A DNA stretch of 63,504 nucleotides, the filler included. It is 7 parts of 7 records of this genome, joined end to end, with 100 filler letters (N's around TTAATTAATTAA, not from the genome) between each part and the next. Parts side by side here need not be neighbours in the genome. Positions count along the whole stretch, not along the records: positions 57,657 to 63,504 come from SRR31147125_56777; 6 more parts are not named here. One strand, written 5' to 3'. A program made the translations under genes and the position numbers. Positions 63,368 through 63,504 of this stretch are shown in pieces (positions within the stretch are counted from its first letter, which is position 1; every line of letters starts with the position of its first letter). Below the pieces are notes generated by a model. That model saw only the letters and a program-made list of their open reading frames with translations, did no database searches and was not told the origin of the DNA.

Positions 63368-63504
63368 TCAGCTGAAAAAGCGATTGTGCCAGATGGCCAC
63401 ATTAATCAGCGCCCACAGGATATGGTTATGGTTCTGTTTCATCGAGCAATGTTCGTCTATCAGCGTATCGATATAGGGTGCATTCATCTGTTCCCGGATC
63501 ACCG
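63368..63504 (-). CDS. C-terminal fragment of an asparagine-synthase-family amidotransferase
   Basis: Manual translation YIDTLIDEHCSMKQNHNHILWALINVAIWHNRFFS-stop. Confidence 0.65.
   Translation of the reverse strand, partial: VIREQMNAPYIDTLIDEHCSMKQNHNHILWALINVAIWHNRFFS

Overview
This window is not one locus. It is seven unrelated contigs joined by artificial 100-nt linkers (N44-TTAATTAATTAA-N44): 1-12962, 13063-28537, 28638-35711, 35812-44502, 44603-51424, 51525-57556 and 57657-63504. Taxon labels below are inferred from gene content only. (1) A minus-strand XrtA/PEP-CTERM-type exopolysaccharide operon, probably deltaproteobacterial: tyrosine kinase, OM beta-barrel, ATPase, nucleotide-sugar dehydrogenase, galE, deacetylase, asnB, nadE-like, ACP, GxxExxY, acyl-AMP ligase. 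(2) An AT-rich contig with an M14 peptidase, GH99-like and GH9 hydrolases, a membrane AraC, a MarR-ablA-SSS-ablB operon for N-epsilon-acetyl-beta-lysine, and an M16C peptidase. (3) Desulfobacterales-like housekeeping genes: tsaE, lysC, pyrF, CheD-HDOD, selA, TPR protein. (4) A beta-helix secreted protein, glpD, AI-2E transporter, DUF1080, DUF362 and a DUF6599-like protein. (5) A Bacteroidota-like contig where a large serine recombinase abuts a decapitated beta-propeller gene. (6) GC-rich lipoproteins with (Asp-X)n linkers and an M3 peptidase. (7) A glycosyltransferase cluster. The most striking unexplained structure is in contig 1. Every intergenic spacer from 1 to 8995 contains inverted-arm elements whose arms are three degenerate tandem units of 8, 9 or 10 nt, often nested. 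One of these elements encloses the GxxExxY (PD-(D/E)xK-type) gene, and a related 10-nt element occurs on contig 6. This suggests a nuclease-plus-repeat mobile or RNA-processing system. About ten genes carry small indels in homopolymers, most likely sequencing errors.
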